Assembly (NCBI GenBank): GCA_030637405.1
Contig: DAOWGP010000052.1
Coordinates: forward strand, 1-60,401
Reading direction: 5' to 3'
Source of the DNA: Candidatus Omnitrophota bacterium
GTDB lineage: Bacteria > Omnitrophota > Gorgyraeia > Zapsychrales > Zapsychraceae
Length of the DNA: 60,401 nucleotides
The notes beneath the pieces were generated by a model. The model was not told the origin of the DNA. It saw nothing but the letters and a program-made list of their open reading frames with translations, and searched no databases. Shown one piece after another: positions 41,505-50,715 of this stretch (position 1 is its first letter; each line of letters begins with the position of its first letter). Position numbers and translations under genes: made by a program.

Positions 41505-41528
41505 GTAGGGTTCAGGCAGGCCTGAACC
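41505..41528 (+). repeat. GTAG-family REP
   Basis: GTAG-GGTTCAGGC-AG-GCCTGAACC, perfect 9-bp stem. Confidence 0.75.
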
Positions 41529-41690
41529 TCTAAAGAATTAATATTATTTTCGTTTGCATTCCATGTTGCGGGATTATTCATGACATGAAGAGTTCCGGAG
41601 ACGCGTGTCCTGGAATTGTTTAAACATCTTCAAAAGATCAAAGAAACGCCTGTCTCAAAAGTGACTGTCACCTTTTTTTTCTTTTTTTTA

Positions 41691-42101
41691 TTATTCGTGC
41701 CTATATATTTTTTCTTCAATTAATAAATCCTGAATATTTTCAATTTCCCGGTCTATTTCTCGCAAATTTTGTTTCAGACTTTTGCTTTCTTCGGCTTTTT
41801 TATAAATGTATTCTAATTTTCTTTCCGAATATCGCCCTTCATTATACTTTGGAACAAAATAGAACAATAATCCAAAAACAATGAGTATAGCAAATAAGCC
41901 AATTATTGTATTTCTTCTATCACGTGCGACTTTTTTATCTTTGTTTTGTAAACGAGTTCGCCAATCTTCAAAATTATTTTGAGAATCCCATTGTGCAACA
42001 ACAAATCTACGTTCTTCTTCAGAAAGACTGTTATATAATTGCGCAAGTCTTTTATGTTCTTTGATGTCTTGCTCAGATATTTCAGGTGGATAATAACTCA
42101 T
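41691..42101 (-). CDS. Cassette hypothetical protein, single TM + coiled coil
   Basis: 136 aa, starts just after core GTTATGA; its own attC is missing. Confidence 0.75.
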   Translation of the reverse strand: MSYYPPEISEQDIKEHKRLAQLYNSLSEEERRFVVAQWDSQNNFEDWRTRLQNKDKKVARDRRNTIIGLFAILIVFGLLFYFVPKYNEGRYSERKLEYIYKKAEESKSLKQNLREIDREIENIQDLLIEEKIYRHE

Positions 42102-42123
42102 TATTTTACCTTATTATATATTT

Positions 42124-42201
42124 TCATAACATTCAAGCTCACTGCTGGTAGCCGACACCGAAAGGCGGTGGATAACAGTCAGGTGCAGTGAGTCGTTAGG
42201 T
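42124..42201 (-). other. attC site (78 bp)
   Basis: ACCTAAC-GACTC-ACTGCACC...GTGAGC-TTGAAT-GTTATGA; R'' complements the cassette start GTTAGGT at 42874..42880. Confidence 0.85.
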
Positions 42202-42215
42202 GTTTATAGATTATT

Positions 42216-42875
42216 TTACCCATTATTTTTTTTCAATAAAAATTGCACAAAACTCTCTCTAACTACCATATAAAACCATTCTGTTAGGCAATTCCCTGGG
42301 ATTGATATTGATACCTGACATTTCCTTTTGTTCCTATCTATAAACGTGTCTATAGATGTGGTATTTTCTTCTATGTTTCTAAATAATCCTTTATGTACTA
42401 TAATGCAGCGATTACGTTGATATAGGTATTGCAAAACATCAACAAATGTGCTTCTTGTAGGACAGTTATTAATTCTTTTCTGAAATTTAATCATATTTTT
42501 ATATGAGGAAGGACAATATTTGTTCAAAAAATTTTGGAATTCTTTTGATTTTTTTATTTTTCTTTCTATTTCATAGTTCTCTAAAAAATCTGTATATTTA
42601 ATACCTTTTGTTTTTCTAAAATATGCCAAATAATTGCATAATGTTTCAACCGCAATATAACACAATAAATTAGCTATAACAGGGTGCTTACTCTTAAGTA
42701 TTTTTGAATCAATAAGTTTTAGGTTAGCTATCAAGAAATATCTTTTAATATATTCATTATGTTTGTTTTCCAGTTGACTAATCAACTGTTGAAAGCAGTT
42801 CAAATCTTTAAATTTCGAAGAGTACAGAGGGTATATTTTTTTAATAATTTGCTTTTCATTCATAATTTTATACAC
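42216..42875 (-). CDS. Cassette hypothetical protein (HEPN-like RxxxxH motif)
   Basis: 219 aa, AT-rich; helical CYIAVETL and LYQRNRCIIVHKG; start may be ATG 42863. Confidence 0.7.
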   Translation of the reverse strand: MYKIMNEKQIIKKIYPLYSSKFKDLNCFQQLISQLENKHNEYIKRYFLIANLKLIDSKILKSKHPVIANLLCYIAVETLCNYLAYFRKTKGIKYTDFLENYEIERKIKKSKEFQNFLNKYCPSSYKNMIKFQKRINNCPTRSTFVDVLQYLYQRNRCIIVHKGLFRNIEENTTSIDTFIDRNKRKCQVSISIPGNCLTEWFYMVVRESFVQFLLKKNNG

Positions 42876-42940
42876 CTAACGACCAAGTTTACCTGCCGCT
42901 ATGGAGCGCAGCGGAATAGCGGTCAGGTGTAGTGTTATGT
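42874..42940 (-). other. attC site, degenerate (R''-L'' spacer missing)
   Basis: ACATAAC-ACTACACC-TGACCGCTAT...ATAGCGGCA-GGTAAAC-TTGGTC-GTTAGGT. Confidence 0.75.
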
Positions 42941-43450
42941 GTTTTTATTTAATTCATAATCCTTTTTGCATGCATTCATAAAACTCGATGCATTGATTAT
43001 AAAATCACTTAGATTAGGAGTTTCTCCGCCTTTTTGTAATATCTGAAACTTTTTTAATTGCTCAATGGGATATCTGCATTGCCGAACAAATTCATCTTCT
43101 GAAAGTCCAGTGCTTAGTCCATGCGATACAATAGATTTAACTCTCACCGCATCGGTTATAATTTGCTTTAATTTTTCTTCGGGTTTAATCGATTTTTCTA
43201 TCACCAATTTAATATTTGCAATATTTGTTTCGTTTTGTATGAATTTTTTTCCTGTTTCATTTGAGGGAACCTCAGAAAATATGGTGTTGATTACGGCAGT
43301 AGCCAATATTTCGGAATAACTTTCATCAAAATTCACCTTGCATTCTGACAACAGATAGAATAATAAACCCATCTTAACAGAATCAACAGCATCCGAAGCC
43401 ATTTGAAAGGTTTTCTTTTTATTTCCAAATAGTAAACCAAATATCCCCAC
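42935..43450 (-). CDS. Cassette hypothetical protein
   Basis: 171 aa, AAGGA RBS, MGIFGLLFG start; stop TAA lies inside R''. Confidence 0.75.
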   Translation of the reverse strand: MGIFGLLFGNKKKTFQMASDAVDSVKMGLLFYLLSECKVNFDESYSEILATAVINTIFSEVPSNETGKKFIQNETNIANIKLVIEKSIKPEEKLKQIITDAVRVKSIVSHGLSTGLSEDEFVRQCRYPIEQLKKFQILQKGGETPNLSDFIINASSFMNACKKDYELNKNT

Positions 43451-43485
43451 TATAATTCCTTTTTATTTTCACGCAACATTCAAAC

Positions 43486-43626
43486 TCACCTGACTTTGAG
43501 CGCGCCGACAACCTTCTGCCCCTTACGCCATTTTAAGCGGCGGACCACATCTTTGGGAAGCGTCACATAATAGGTGTTCGTTTTTCCCGTCACCCCGATC
43601 TTCCACACCTCTTGCCCCTTGGCCAT
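43486..43626 (-). CDS. Small AbrB/MazE/SpoVT-like protein, probably 3'-truncated (not in ORF track)
   Basis: MAKGQEVWKIGVTGKTNTYYVTLPKDVVRRLKWRKGQKVVGALKVR*, 46 aa. Confidence 0.65.
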   Translation of the reverse strand: MAKGQEVWKIGVTGKTNTYYVTLPKDVVRRLKWRKGQKVVGALKVR

Positions 43627-43700
43627 ATCCCTTACCCTTCTCCTCACTTCTTACTTCTTACCTAACCCCTTACCACTTAGTATATACCCGAGTATGTACC

Positions 43701-44749
43701 CTATCCGGCGTAATCCGCTATCTTTTCATCCAGCAATTTCTGGTTTAAGAGGAATCCCTCCCGCACGATAATATCCGCGTCCCGCTCGCCGGAGCGATAA
43801 AACACGTCGGCAACATACCGGCCGTATTGATCGATAGCATATGTTTTAACGACGACAACGAGCGCCTCTTTTAAGACGCCTTCAAGGGACGCTTTCGCTT
43901 TTTTCCCCGTTGAGATGACAATTCGGCCGCGTTAATACTCTTTAAGCGCAAGCGTTTTCGAAGGATAAATCCCGCGCCTGTTTCGACCTCACAAACAAGC
44001 GTATCCCCATCCACCACTCTCACCACAAACGCTTTGTACGTATAGATATTTCCTCTGGCCACGCGGGACGGCTCAATCCGAATCGTATTCCGCTCTTCCT
44101 GAATTGTAACAATATCCCCTTCCTTCATAGTTCCTATTTCAGCGGCATTAACAGGTTTGTAGGATTCAAACCCCAAATCAATCATGGCCCGCCCATTTAT
44201 GGGAGATAAAACAAGCCTGCAGGTATTTAATGTGCCGCGCCGGACGAGTAATTTGGCCATCGGACAGGCTTGATGTGCCGATATCGGCGCCGCTAAGGAT
44301 CGCGTTTTGATTTTATGTTCCTTTAAAGCGTTCCTTAATTGGCGGGTTGACCATTTATTGTTGATGGTCTTCGAGGCATATTCTTCCCTCACACCGGCAT
44401 CTTTGATGGAAATAAGCGCCCGGATATTCGTCCACCCCAATTGGTCACGCGCATGGCCAATTCCCTTACTCAGGTAAAATTGGCGCATATACTTTAGATT
44501 TGTCAGTGAAAATCCTGAACCGTAACACCGCGCTAAATCATTCGATAAGCGCTCTAACAGCCGCTCGCCATAAGCGGCCATGATCCGGTTATTTTGCTCA
44601 ACTTTAACGATTTGCCGGCCGATCTGCCAATAGGCTTCCGCCTTGAGATGATTGAGGACATCCCGGGCCTTTTCCTGAGCTTCATCATAGATACGGGAAA
44701 CATGTCCGAGAAGATTGGTGTATTCTGATTTGGAAAGCGCGCTGGGCAT
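43701..44749 (-). CDS. DUF1016 N-terminal domain fused to thermonuclease (SNase), split by a -1 frameshift near 43900
   Basis: YWQIGRQI, GFSLTNLKYMRQFY, WSTRQL; VVDGDT, RLRL..INA.E; -1 frame supplies DQYGRYVADV and LLNQKLL. Confidence 0.82.
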
Positions 44750-44758
44750 AATTTATTA

Positions 44759-44787
44759 TGTATAGCGAAAAACGCGAGGCGTGTCAA
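44759..44787 (-). promoter_or_regulatory. Putative sigma70 promoter facing the DUF1016-SNase gene and cassette array 2
   Basis: TTGACA-17 bp-TATACA, 9 bp before ATG (near-leaderless). Confidence 0.5.
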
Positions 44788-44824
44788 TGATAGTTAGCGA
44801 AGAGGATTGCCCCCGTCATCCCCG

Positions 44825-47800
44825 TTATCGAAAGAACACGTCGATGCGCTCGACTTTACAATCACGGATATCCTCAGCACGAGTTCCAACCACAAACTGC
44901 CCCGAAATAACAACAGGCTGTTTTTTATTGGGATAAGTTAATTGTATTTCTTTAAGAGAAGGTTTGTTTGCGCCAAATGTATTTCGGCGGCGCGGATTGT
45001 GATAAACAACAAGCGTTGTCCCAAACAAATTAAAGGCATAACAATTCTTAAGCAATTCAACTCTCTTGTGAACATTATTGGCATCTAAATACGTCAGAGT
45101 GCTTTTCTTTTTTGTAAACAACGCCCCGGCTAAAGCCGGCTTTAACGTAAGAGTCAGTTCGCCTTTTGCATTCACCGCAAAAGGATTTTTCCCCATATTC
45201 ATCAATAGCCAGATATGCATGAACTCGGCTGTACTTCCCGATAAGCGCGCGACGAATCCCCGGCCATGCAAAGCCTTATCCTCATGAGCGCTGCTGACCA
45301 CAAAGGAAGAATTCTCCAGAACGTTTCGTCCATATTGTTCTGGCTTTAGAAAAGGAGTTAGCGCAGCATAAAGATTCTGGTAAAACTCTTCATAAAGCTC
45401 ACAACGCAATAATTCCAAAATGAATTTATACTCCATGTGAAGCCAGATAGACTCGTTCTCAAGCCAACCCCTCGGGAAAATACGGCTCCGGCCGATCTCT
45501 TCCGATTCGCCAGAGAGATCAGCATTGACCTTATACATTTTTAACTTGCTATCAAACAGGTCGCTTTTCCGTATTTGACTGTATAATTTCTGGGCATTCC
45601 CATGACTTTTTTCAACACGCAGCGCGTGAACATACCCTTCTAAAAACAAAGGCAGAATATGTTTCTTGAATTTTAAAGGCCTGATATATATCGGTCCATC
45701 TTCTCCATGTTTTTCGAGCGATTCATACTTCACAACCTCATGATAAAAATAAGTCGCAAGAAATCCTTTGTTGTCTCTAGCGGATTCAATGCCTTTATCT
45801 GTTCGTGATATCACTAAATCAAGAAAATACTTAATTTCAGAAATTGGAATACTCGTTTCATTTCCGTAAATCCCATGACGCACATATTGGCGATAATGCT
45901 CTTTAAGGTCATTGGATTTCTCCCAATAAACCTGGGCGTTCGATTCCAACGATAATACATGAGTCAACCCGGAGATAAAGTTGGCTAATTCTTCGAAGAC
46001 CAAGATTTGCTGAGCATCTTTTAACCCAAGTTTTGAAAGAGACTCCATCAAAAACAAACTTATGCGTTTCAATTCAAAAGTTTCCGAAATCGATGACCCC
46101 AAAAGCCCCGGCAAACCGTTGAGCGCGTCATACCAATTCGGCTTATCGGCCTCCATCTCAATACCGATGCCGCTTGGATCTAAAGTGGCAACTTTATTCG
46201 CGATCAGGCAAAGAAGTTTACAAATCAGATGCGTCGAATAAACATCTCCTTTACCGCCTTTTATCCTTAATACATTTCCGTCAGCTGAGGAGTCATTCGC
46301 CACCGATCCGTATTGACGTACTCCACGACCCGTCAAAATATAGCGACGATCCCGCGGAAGCACATAATGACTATTATGGTAGAAACAAAAATCTTTCCTC
46401 TTTAATAGCAGATCCTCAAGAGTTTCCGGATAGACCGACAGATAGCTCTCGATCAAATCCAGATTATATGTCCAGTGATCCGACCAGAACCCTTCCCCAT
46501 GATCTGCAAGCTCCTGTTTACAGCATGCTTCCAAAACTCTTCCAAGAAACGTTTTTGATGAAACATTTAAGCCAATCCTCTCTTGCATAATAAATTTCAA
46601 GAGTTCTCCCGGCGCAAAACCCTTCTGGACAAAATCCTTGATTTGATCACGATCCTTTATAGCAACACACTCGGAAAGAACGCGGCTGAATTTTTTCTTA
46701 TCACGAACGGAAAAGGTTGCTCCTTTGACAACTAAAGGATTATATCCGTCCGCCTGGCTCAAGTTGAGAAAATTCACCAGATGGCTATTCTTCACATGCG
46801 AATTAAACCATACATCATTACGCCTGTTCTGGTTCACATCACGGTAATTTCCGTTCCCCTGCGAATAAAATGTCGGTGAGACATAAAAGTAATTATAATC
46901 CCGCTCAAGATCCCCGTGCTTACGACTGTAAACATTAAACGCGACATGACCATCGCCCGTCTTTAATGATATAGGAAGCCCGCCGCGCAAAATATTATCA
47001 AGGAAGGTCTGAGATGAAAAAAGATCAAACTCGGACGAAGAACTTTTTGTTAAGGCGAAATTCTTAACGCCGTCAACAATTTCTTTGTTCTTGGCAGCTT
47101 TCTTATCAATAAATTGTTTCTTTGTTACCTGAAGCACAATTTTGCCCAACTGCGCCTCATCATGGGCATAGCCAAACAAGGAAACTATTTGCTTTTCGAT
47201 CTTGGTTTTTAGTTTAAACCGTGCATGACTCATTGCCGAAGCCGTACGATTACTGGTCTGCTGTTGCCTGGGAATCTTGAAACCCTTCTGCGCGAATCGT
47301 GTCGGCGCAAGAAAATCCAGGGCCGCGCCGAATACACAAGACGCTTCCACAACCGGATCAAGCAATCCCTTTTCTTCTGCCGAAGGGTCAAAGCTGAAAA
47401 AGAAATTCCCCTCCTTAATATGCGTTACTTCGGGCTTATCGGACACTTCAACATTCAGCTGATAGTAAGGCGCTTTCTTTTTTAAATTCCTTACCTTAAC
47501 CCACGCCTCAACTGTACGTGATATAGCTTTATTGAGACCATCCGTAAGGCCATAAGGCACGATGGCCGGCAGTCCGTCGATCATTTCAATATCATAATCC
47601 TTCTTGCCCGTATTCTTGATAGTAACGCGGCGCACTAAAGCCGCGTAAGGCTCCTCAGGAAGAGTGAAATAGTTCACTTCAGCCATTAGCCCCAAATTAT
47701 TATTTATTTCCTGGAGAGTCAGGTCATGGGCCGACATCGATAACGTTTGTTTCTTTTTGAAATCTGTTCCTTCTAAATAATTCTGAAAAGGTTCCCAATA

Positions 47801-48100
47801 AACCGTCTTTGACCCAGTCGTCGCTTTTATGAATGTCCTAAACCCTTGAGTTGAGACCAAACGGTAGGACTTGTTAGCCGGCTGAAATTCCATGATCGCT
47901 TTATCTTTCGACTCGACGCCAAAACTCGCAATACATTGCCCCCGGTTAACATAAAAAACCCACATCGGGATTCCCCAGACTCCCGCAATACCTGGAAAGA
48001 AATTACAGAACGACTTGCTTTCGTTATAATTCTCTATAACAAAATGCCCGTTCTCATTAAGCTTATAATTTGCTTGAGGTGATATTTTTTTTATGCTCAT
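44825..48100 (-). CDS. Large glycoside phosphorylase, GH94-related (probably GH161-type beta-1,3-glucan phosphorylase)
   Basis: 1091 aa; WVFYVNRGQ, YSRKHGDLERDYN, QGNGNYRDVNQNRR, WYDALNGLPG, GWLENES; family assignment from recall. Confidence 0.7.
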   Translation of the reverse strand: MSIKKISPQANYKLNENGHFVIENYNESKSFCNFFPGIAGVWGIPMWVFYVNRGQCIASFGVESKDKAIMEFQPANKSYRLVSTQGFRTFIKATTGSKTVYWEPFQNYLEGTDFKKKQTLSMSAHDLTLQEINNNLGLMAEVNYFTLPEEPYAALVRRVTIKNTGKKDYDIEMIDGLPAIVPYGLTDGLNKAISRTVEAWVKVRNLKKKAPYYQLNVEVSDKPEVTHIKEGNFFFSFDPSAEEKGLLDPVVEASCVFGAALDFLAPTRFAQKGFKIPRQQQTSNRTASAMSHARFKLKTKIEKQIVSLFGYAHDEAQLGKIVLQVTKKQFIDKKAAKNKEIVDGVKNFALTKSSSSEFDLFSSQTFLDNILRGGLPISLKTGDGHVAFNVYSRKHGDLERDYNYFYVSPTFYSQGNGNYRDVNQNRRNDVWFNSHVKNSHLVNFLNLSQADGYNPLVVKGATFSVRDKKKFSRVLSECVAIKDRDQIKDFVQKGFAPGELLKFIMQERIGLNVSSKTFLGRVLEACCKQELADHGEGFWSDHWTYNLDLIESYLSVYPETLEDLLLKRKDFCFYHNSHYVLPRDRRYILTGRGVRQYGSVANDSSADGNVLRIKGGKGDVYSTHLICKLLCLIANKVATLDPSGIGIEMEADKPNWYDALNGLPGLLGSSISETFELKRISLFLMESLSKLGLKDAQQILVFEELANFISGLTHVLSLESNAQVYWEKSNDLKEHYRQYVRHGIYGNETSIPISEIKYFLDLVISRTDKGIESARDNKGFLATYFYHEVVKYESLEKHGEDGPIYIRPLKFKKHILPLFLEGYVHALRVEKSHGNAQKLYSQIRKSDLFDSKLKMYKVNADLSGESEEIGRSRIFPRGWLENESIWLHMEYKFILELLRCELYEEFYQNLYAALTPFLKPEQYGRNVLENSSFVVSSAHEDKALHGRGFVARLSGSTAEFMHIWLLMNMGKNPFAVNAKGELTLTLKPALAGALFTKKKSTLTYLDANNVHKRVELLKNCYAFNLFGTTLVVYHNPRRRNTFGANKPSLKEIQLTYPNKKQPVVISGQFVVGTRAEDIRDCKVERIDVFFR

Positions 48101-48139
48101 TTGTCACGATCCTTTTCCAATAGGTCTATTTACCCATCC

Positions 48140-48997
48140 CTAATAAGGATTCTTGGCCTTGCGAAACAGATTGTAATACCCCGATAATTTCATCCAGAGA
48201 TAATCTTTACGATTATCCTTATCACTAAAGCGGATACGGTTTAATTCAAATACATCTTTGTTGAACCGGTCATACCCCCGATTGGTCGCGCAGGCAGATT
48301 TATAACCCGCCCGCTTAACGATTTCTTTGATCTCCTCACTAAACCCGCCGATCGGATAAGCAAAATGGTCGACTGTTATTCCAAGATTTTGTTCTAAAAT
48401 GTTTTTACTCATTTCAATTTCCTGGCGCTGCACTTCGACAAAGGCGTCAGGTAAATACAACTCTATGCGCGTATGGCTGCCAATATCAATACCGGAAGCG
48501 ATCATCTCTTTGATTTGCTCCCAGGTTAAACGCCCTTTCGTTCCAACTTTATCCGATGGGACGAAAATAGTAGCCGGAAAACCGTATTCCTTAAGAACCT
48601 TAAAAGCCTGGGTATAGTTGTTCTCATAACCGTCATCAAAGGTGATCACCGCAGTCTTCCGAGGTAAAGATCTCCCCTCTTCAACAGCCTCGACAAGTTC
48701 GCCTAAAGGGATAACATCATAATTATGCTCCTTCAAATAGGCCATCTGCCACTCGAAATTCTCCGGGCTTACCCAATTCGTCTGCGGATGTTCCGTATAA
48801 GTCACCTGATGATACATTATGATCGGCACCACATAACGGCCCGGCAACCAAAGCGAAAACACCATCACGGCAATTGTCAAAAGAACGATACTAACTATGA
48901 AGAATTTCTTTAAATAACGCACAACGTGTTTCCTTAAACTCAAAATAGAAAACCGGCATTCATTAAAACTGCGAGAGAGCTCTTTTAACAAACTCAC
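48140..48997 (-). CDS. Polysaccharide deacetylase (NodB/CE4)
   Basis: IMYHQV, ITFDDGY, GSHT, FAYP.G; true start probably downstream. Confidence 0.88.
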   Translation of the reverse strand: MSLLKELSRSFNECRFSILSLRKHVVRYLKKFFIVSIVLLTIAVMVFSLWLPGRYVVPIIMYHQVTYTEHPQTNWVSPENFEWQMAYLKEHNYDVIPLGELVEAVEEGRSLPRKTAVITFDDGYENNYTQAFKVLKEYGFPATIFVPSDKVGTKGRLTWEQIKEMIASGIDIGSHTRIELYLPDAFVEVQRQEIEMSKNILEQNLGITVDHFAYPIGGFSEEIKEIVKRAGYKSACATNRGYDRFNKDVFELNRIRFSDKDNRKDYLWMKLSGYYNLFRKAKNPY

Positions 48998-49412
48998 TAA
49001 CGAGTTTATTATCAGCCCTGCCTTGCACCTTCCCGGTTATGATCTTCATCACCTTACCCATGTCTTTCATCGAATCAGCCTGAACCTCCTCGATCGCCTC
49101 AATAACAAATTTCTCTATTTCCTGTTCAGACATCTCCTTAGGAAGATAGCTTTTTAATATGGCCAATTCGGCAAATTCCTTTCCGGCTAAATCCTGCCGC
49201 CCGCCTTTCTCATACTGAAGTATAGAATCCTGTCTCTGCTTGGCCTGCTTCTTAATGACAGCAATAACTTCTTCATCCTTAAGGTTCTCCGCCCTTTTTT
49301 CAATAAGGACATTCTTCATCTGAGCCCTCAAAAAACTTAAAGTTGAGGATTTCACCGTATCCCTATCCTTCATTGCCTTTATATAATCTTTACCAATTTG
49401 ATCCTCTAACAT
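48963..49412 (-). CDS. GatB/YqeY domain protein
   Basis: KAMKD, KQRQDSI..Y..GGR.DLA, YLP, KDMGKVM, GRAD. Confidence 0.92.
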   Translation of the reverse strand: MLEDQIGKDYIKAMKDRDTVKSSTLSFLRAQMKNVLIEKRAENLKDEEVIAVIKKQAKQRQDSILQYEKGGRQDLAGKEFAELAILKSYLPKEMSEQEIEKFVIEAIEEVQADSMKDMGKVMKIITGKVQGRADNKLVSEFVKRALSQF

Positions 49413-49570
49413 TTCTCCTCCTTCAATGAGTACATGATCTATGGAACATTAGTGAACATAAATCATTGTACGAATTGAACCCCGCCTTTTGGCAAAGCAT
49501 TCTTTGTTAAATCCGTTTGCCCAAAAAGCGGGGTAAATTCCAACATTCAACTTAACTTCACTTACATTCG

Positions 49571-49813
49571 TTAAATTGAGTTGTCATTTATACTAATGGT
49601 TTTATGGCGGGATTTCAATCCTTTTATGATCTCAATTTGGCTTTTTCGTACCTGGAAATGCTCCGCGAGAAGGGCAATCAGCGCCTTGTTCGCCTTCCCG
49701 TCAACGGCAGGGGCATTGGTATAAACCTTCCATGCGTCGCCCTCCCACATGTCCCTTTTTTGCTTTATGGCGTTTTTCTTTGCTCCCGGGATAACTTTTA
49801 CCTCTATTCTCAT
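49571..49813 (-). CDS. DUF167 (UPF0235) protein
   Basis: VKVIPGA, APAVDGKAN, G.KSR.K. Confidence 0.9.
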   Translation of the reverse strand: MRIEVKVIPGAKKNAIKQKRDMWEGDAWKVYTNAPAVDGKANKALIALLAEHFQVRKSQIEIIKGLKSRHKTISINDNSI

Positions 49814-50587
49814 TTAAGGCAAGACCATATCAAGATGGTTTATTTTTAGCCATCGCCGGTACCATTGAAAGTCCGGGATAACTTTTTCCACTCGCCTCCA
49901 GAACCGCTTTGAGTGGCTGGGAATAGTCAAATGGCAAAGCTCATGGACCACCACATAATCGACCACTTTAAGGGGTGAGAGAATAATCTGCCAGTTGAGA
50001 TGAATAGTCTGCGTATTGTAATCACAGCAGCCCCATAACCGTTTTTGCGTACGGATAGCAATTTTCTTCGGCTCTACCCCCATAAGACGCGAATAATGAA
50101 AGACCCTTCCGCCTAAAATTTCCTTTGCTTGCGCCCGATACCACTGAAGCATTTTACTTCTTACCTGAGACTGGCCTCCCTCAAGAGATAATCCTTCCGG
50201 AACAGTGATAGACCATCCTTTAAGGACATCAAAAGTAATGCGGCTTCGCTTGATATCCGACTTGAGAACATTTACTTTATATTTCTTCCCCAAAAATAAA
50301 AATTCATGCCCATGAGCGAATTCTCTTTGGTCTAGGATATCCTTATTTTTCTGAGCCTCTCTAACCTTCGCTAAGATCCATCGCGCCTTTTCATGAATAA
50401 AACTGTGGATATCTTTCTCCCTCATAGTAAAAGGCGAAGCGATGCTTACTTGCGCATGCTCATCGACCGTGATCGTCAATGTTCTGCGTCCCAAAGAACG
50501 CGCTAATACAAAAGGAATATTTCCTTCTTTGGTTTTTAAAGAGTGGGCGGCCTTAACAATGTGTTTTGGACGACGGATTCTTCTCAT
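49814..50587 (-). CDS. YgjP/DUF45-like zinc-binding hydrolase
   Basis: QKRLWGCC, LNWQI, DYVVVHELCHL...HSKRFW. Confidence 0.88.
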   Translation of the reverse strand: MRRIRRPKHIVKAAHSLKTKEGNIPFVLARSLGRRTLTITVDEHAQVSIASPFTMREKDIHSFIHEKARWILAKVREAQKNKDILDQREFAHGHEFLFLGKKYKVNVLKSDIKRSRITFDVLKGWSITVPEGLSLEGGQSQVRSKMLQWYRAQAKEILGGRVFHYSRLMGVEPKKIAIRTQKRLWGCCDYNTQTIHLNWQIILSPLKVVDYVVVHELCHLTIPSHSKRFWRRVEKVIPDFQWYRRWLKINHLDMVLP

Positions 50588-50715
50588 AAACTTTAATCAG
50601 AAAATTTATATAACAAATACTATCGTAATATAGGGAATTAAAAGAGATGGCAGGTATGCTCGTCAAGGTTTTTCAATTCACGCGCAAAAAAATTTTCCGG
50701 CAGTCCACAATTTTT

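Larger units (their letters stand above)
41691..43493 (-). mobile_element. Second integrase-less cassette array, 3 cassettes
   Basis: attC at 42124..42201 and 42874..42940, right-half attC at 43471..43493; AT-rich co-oriented ORFs. Confidence 0.85.
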
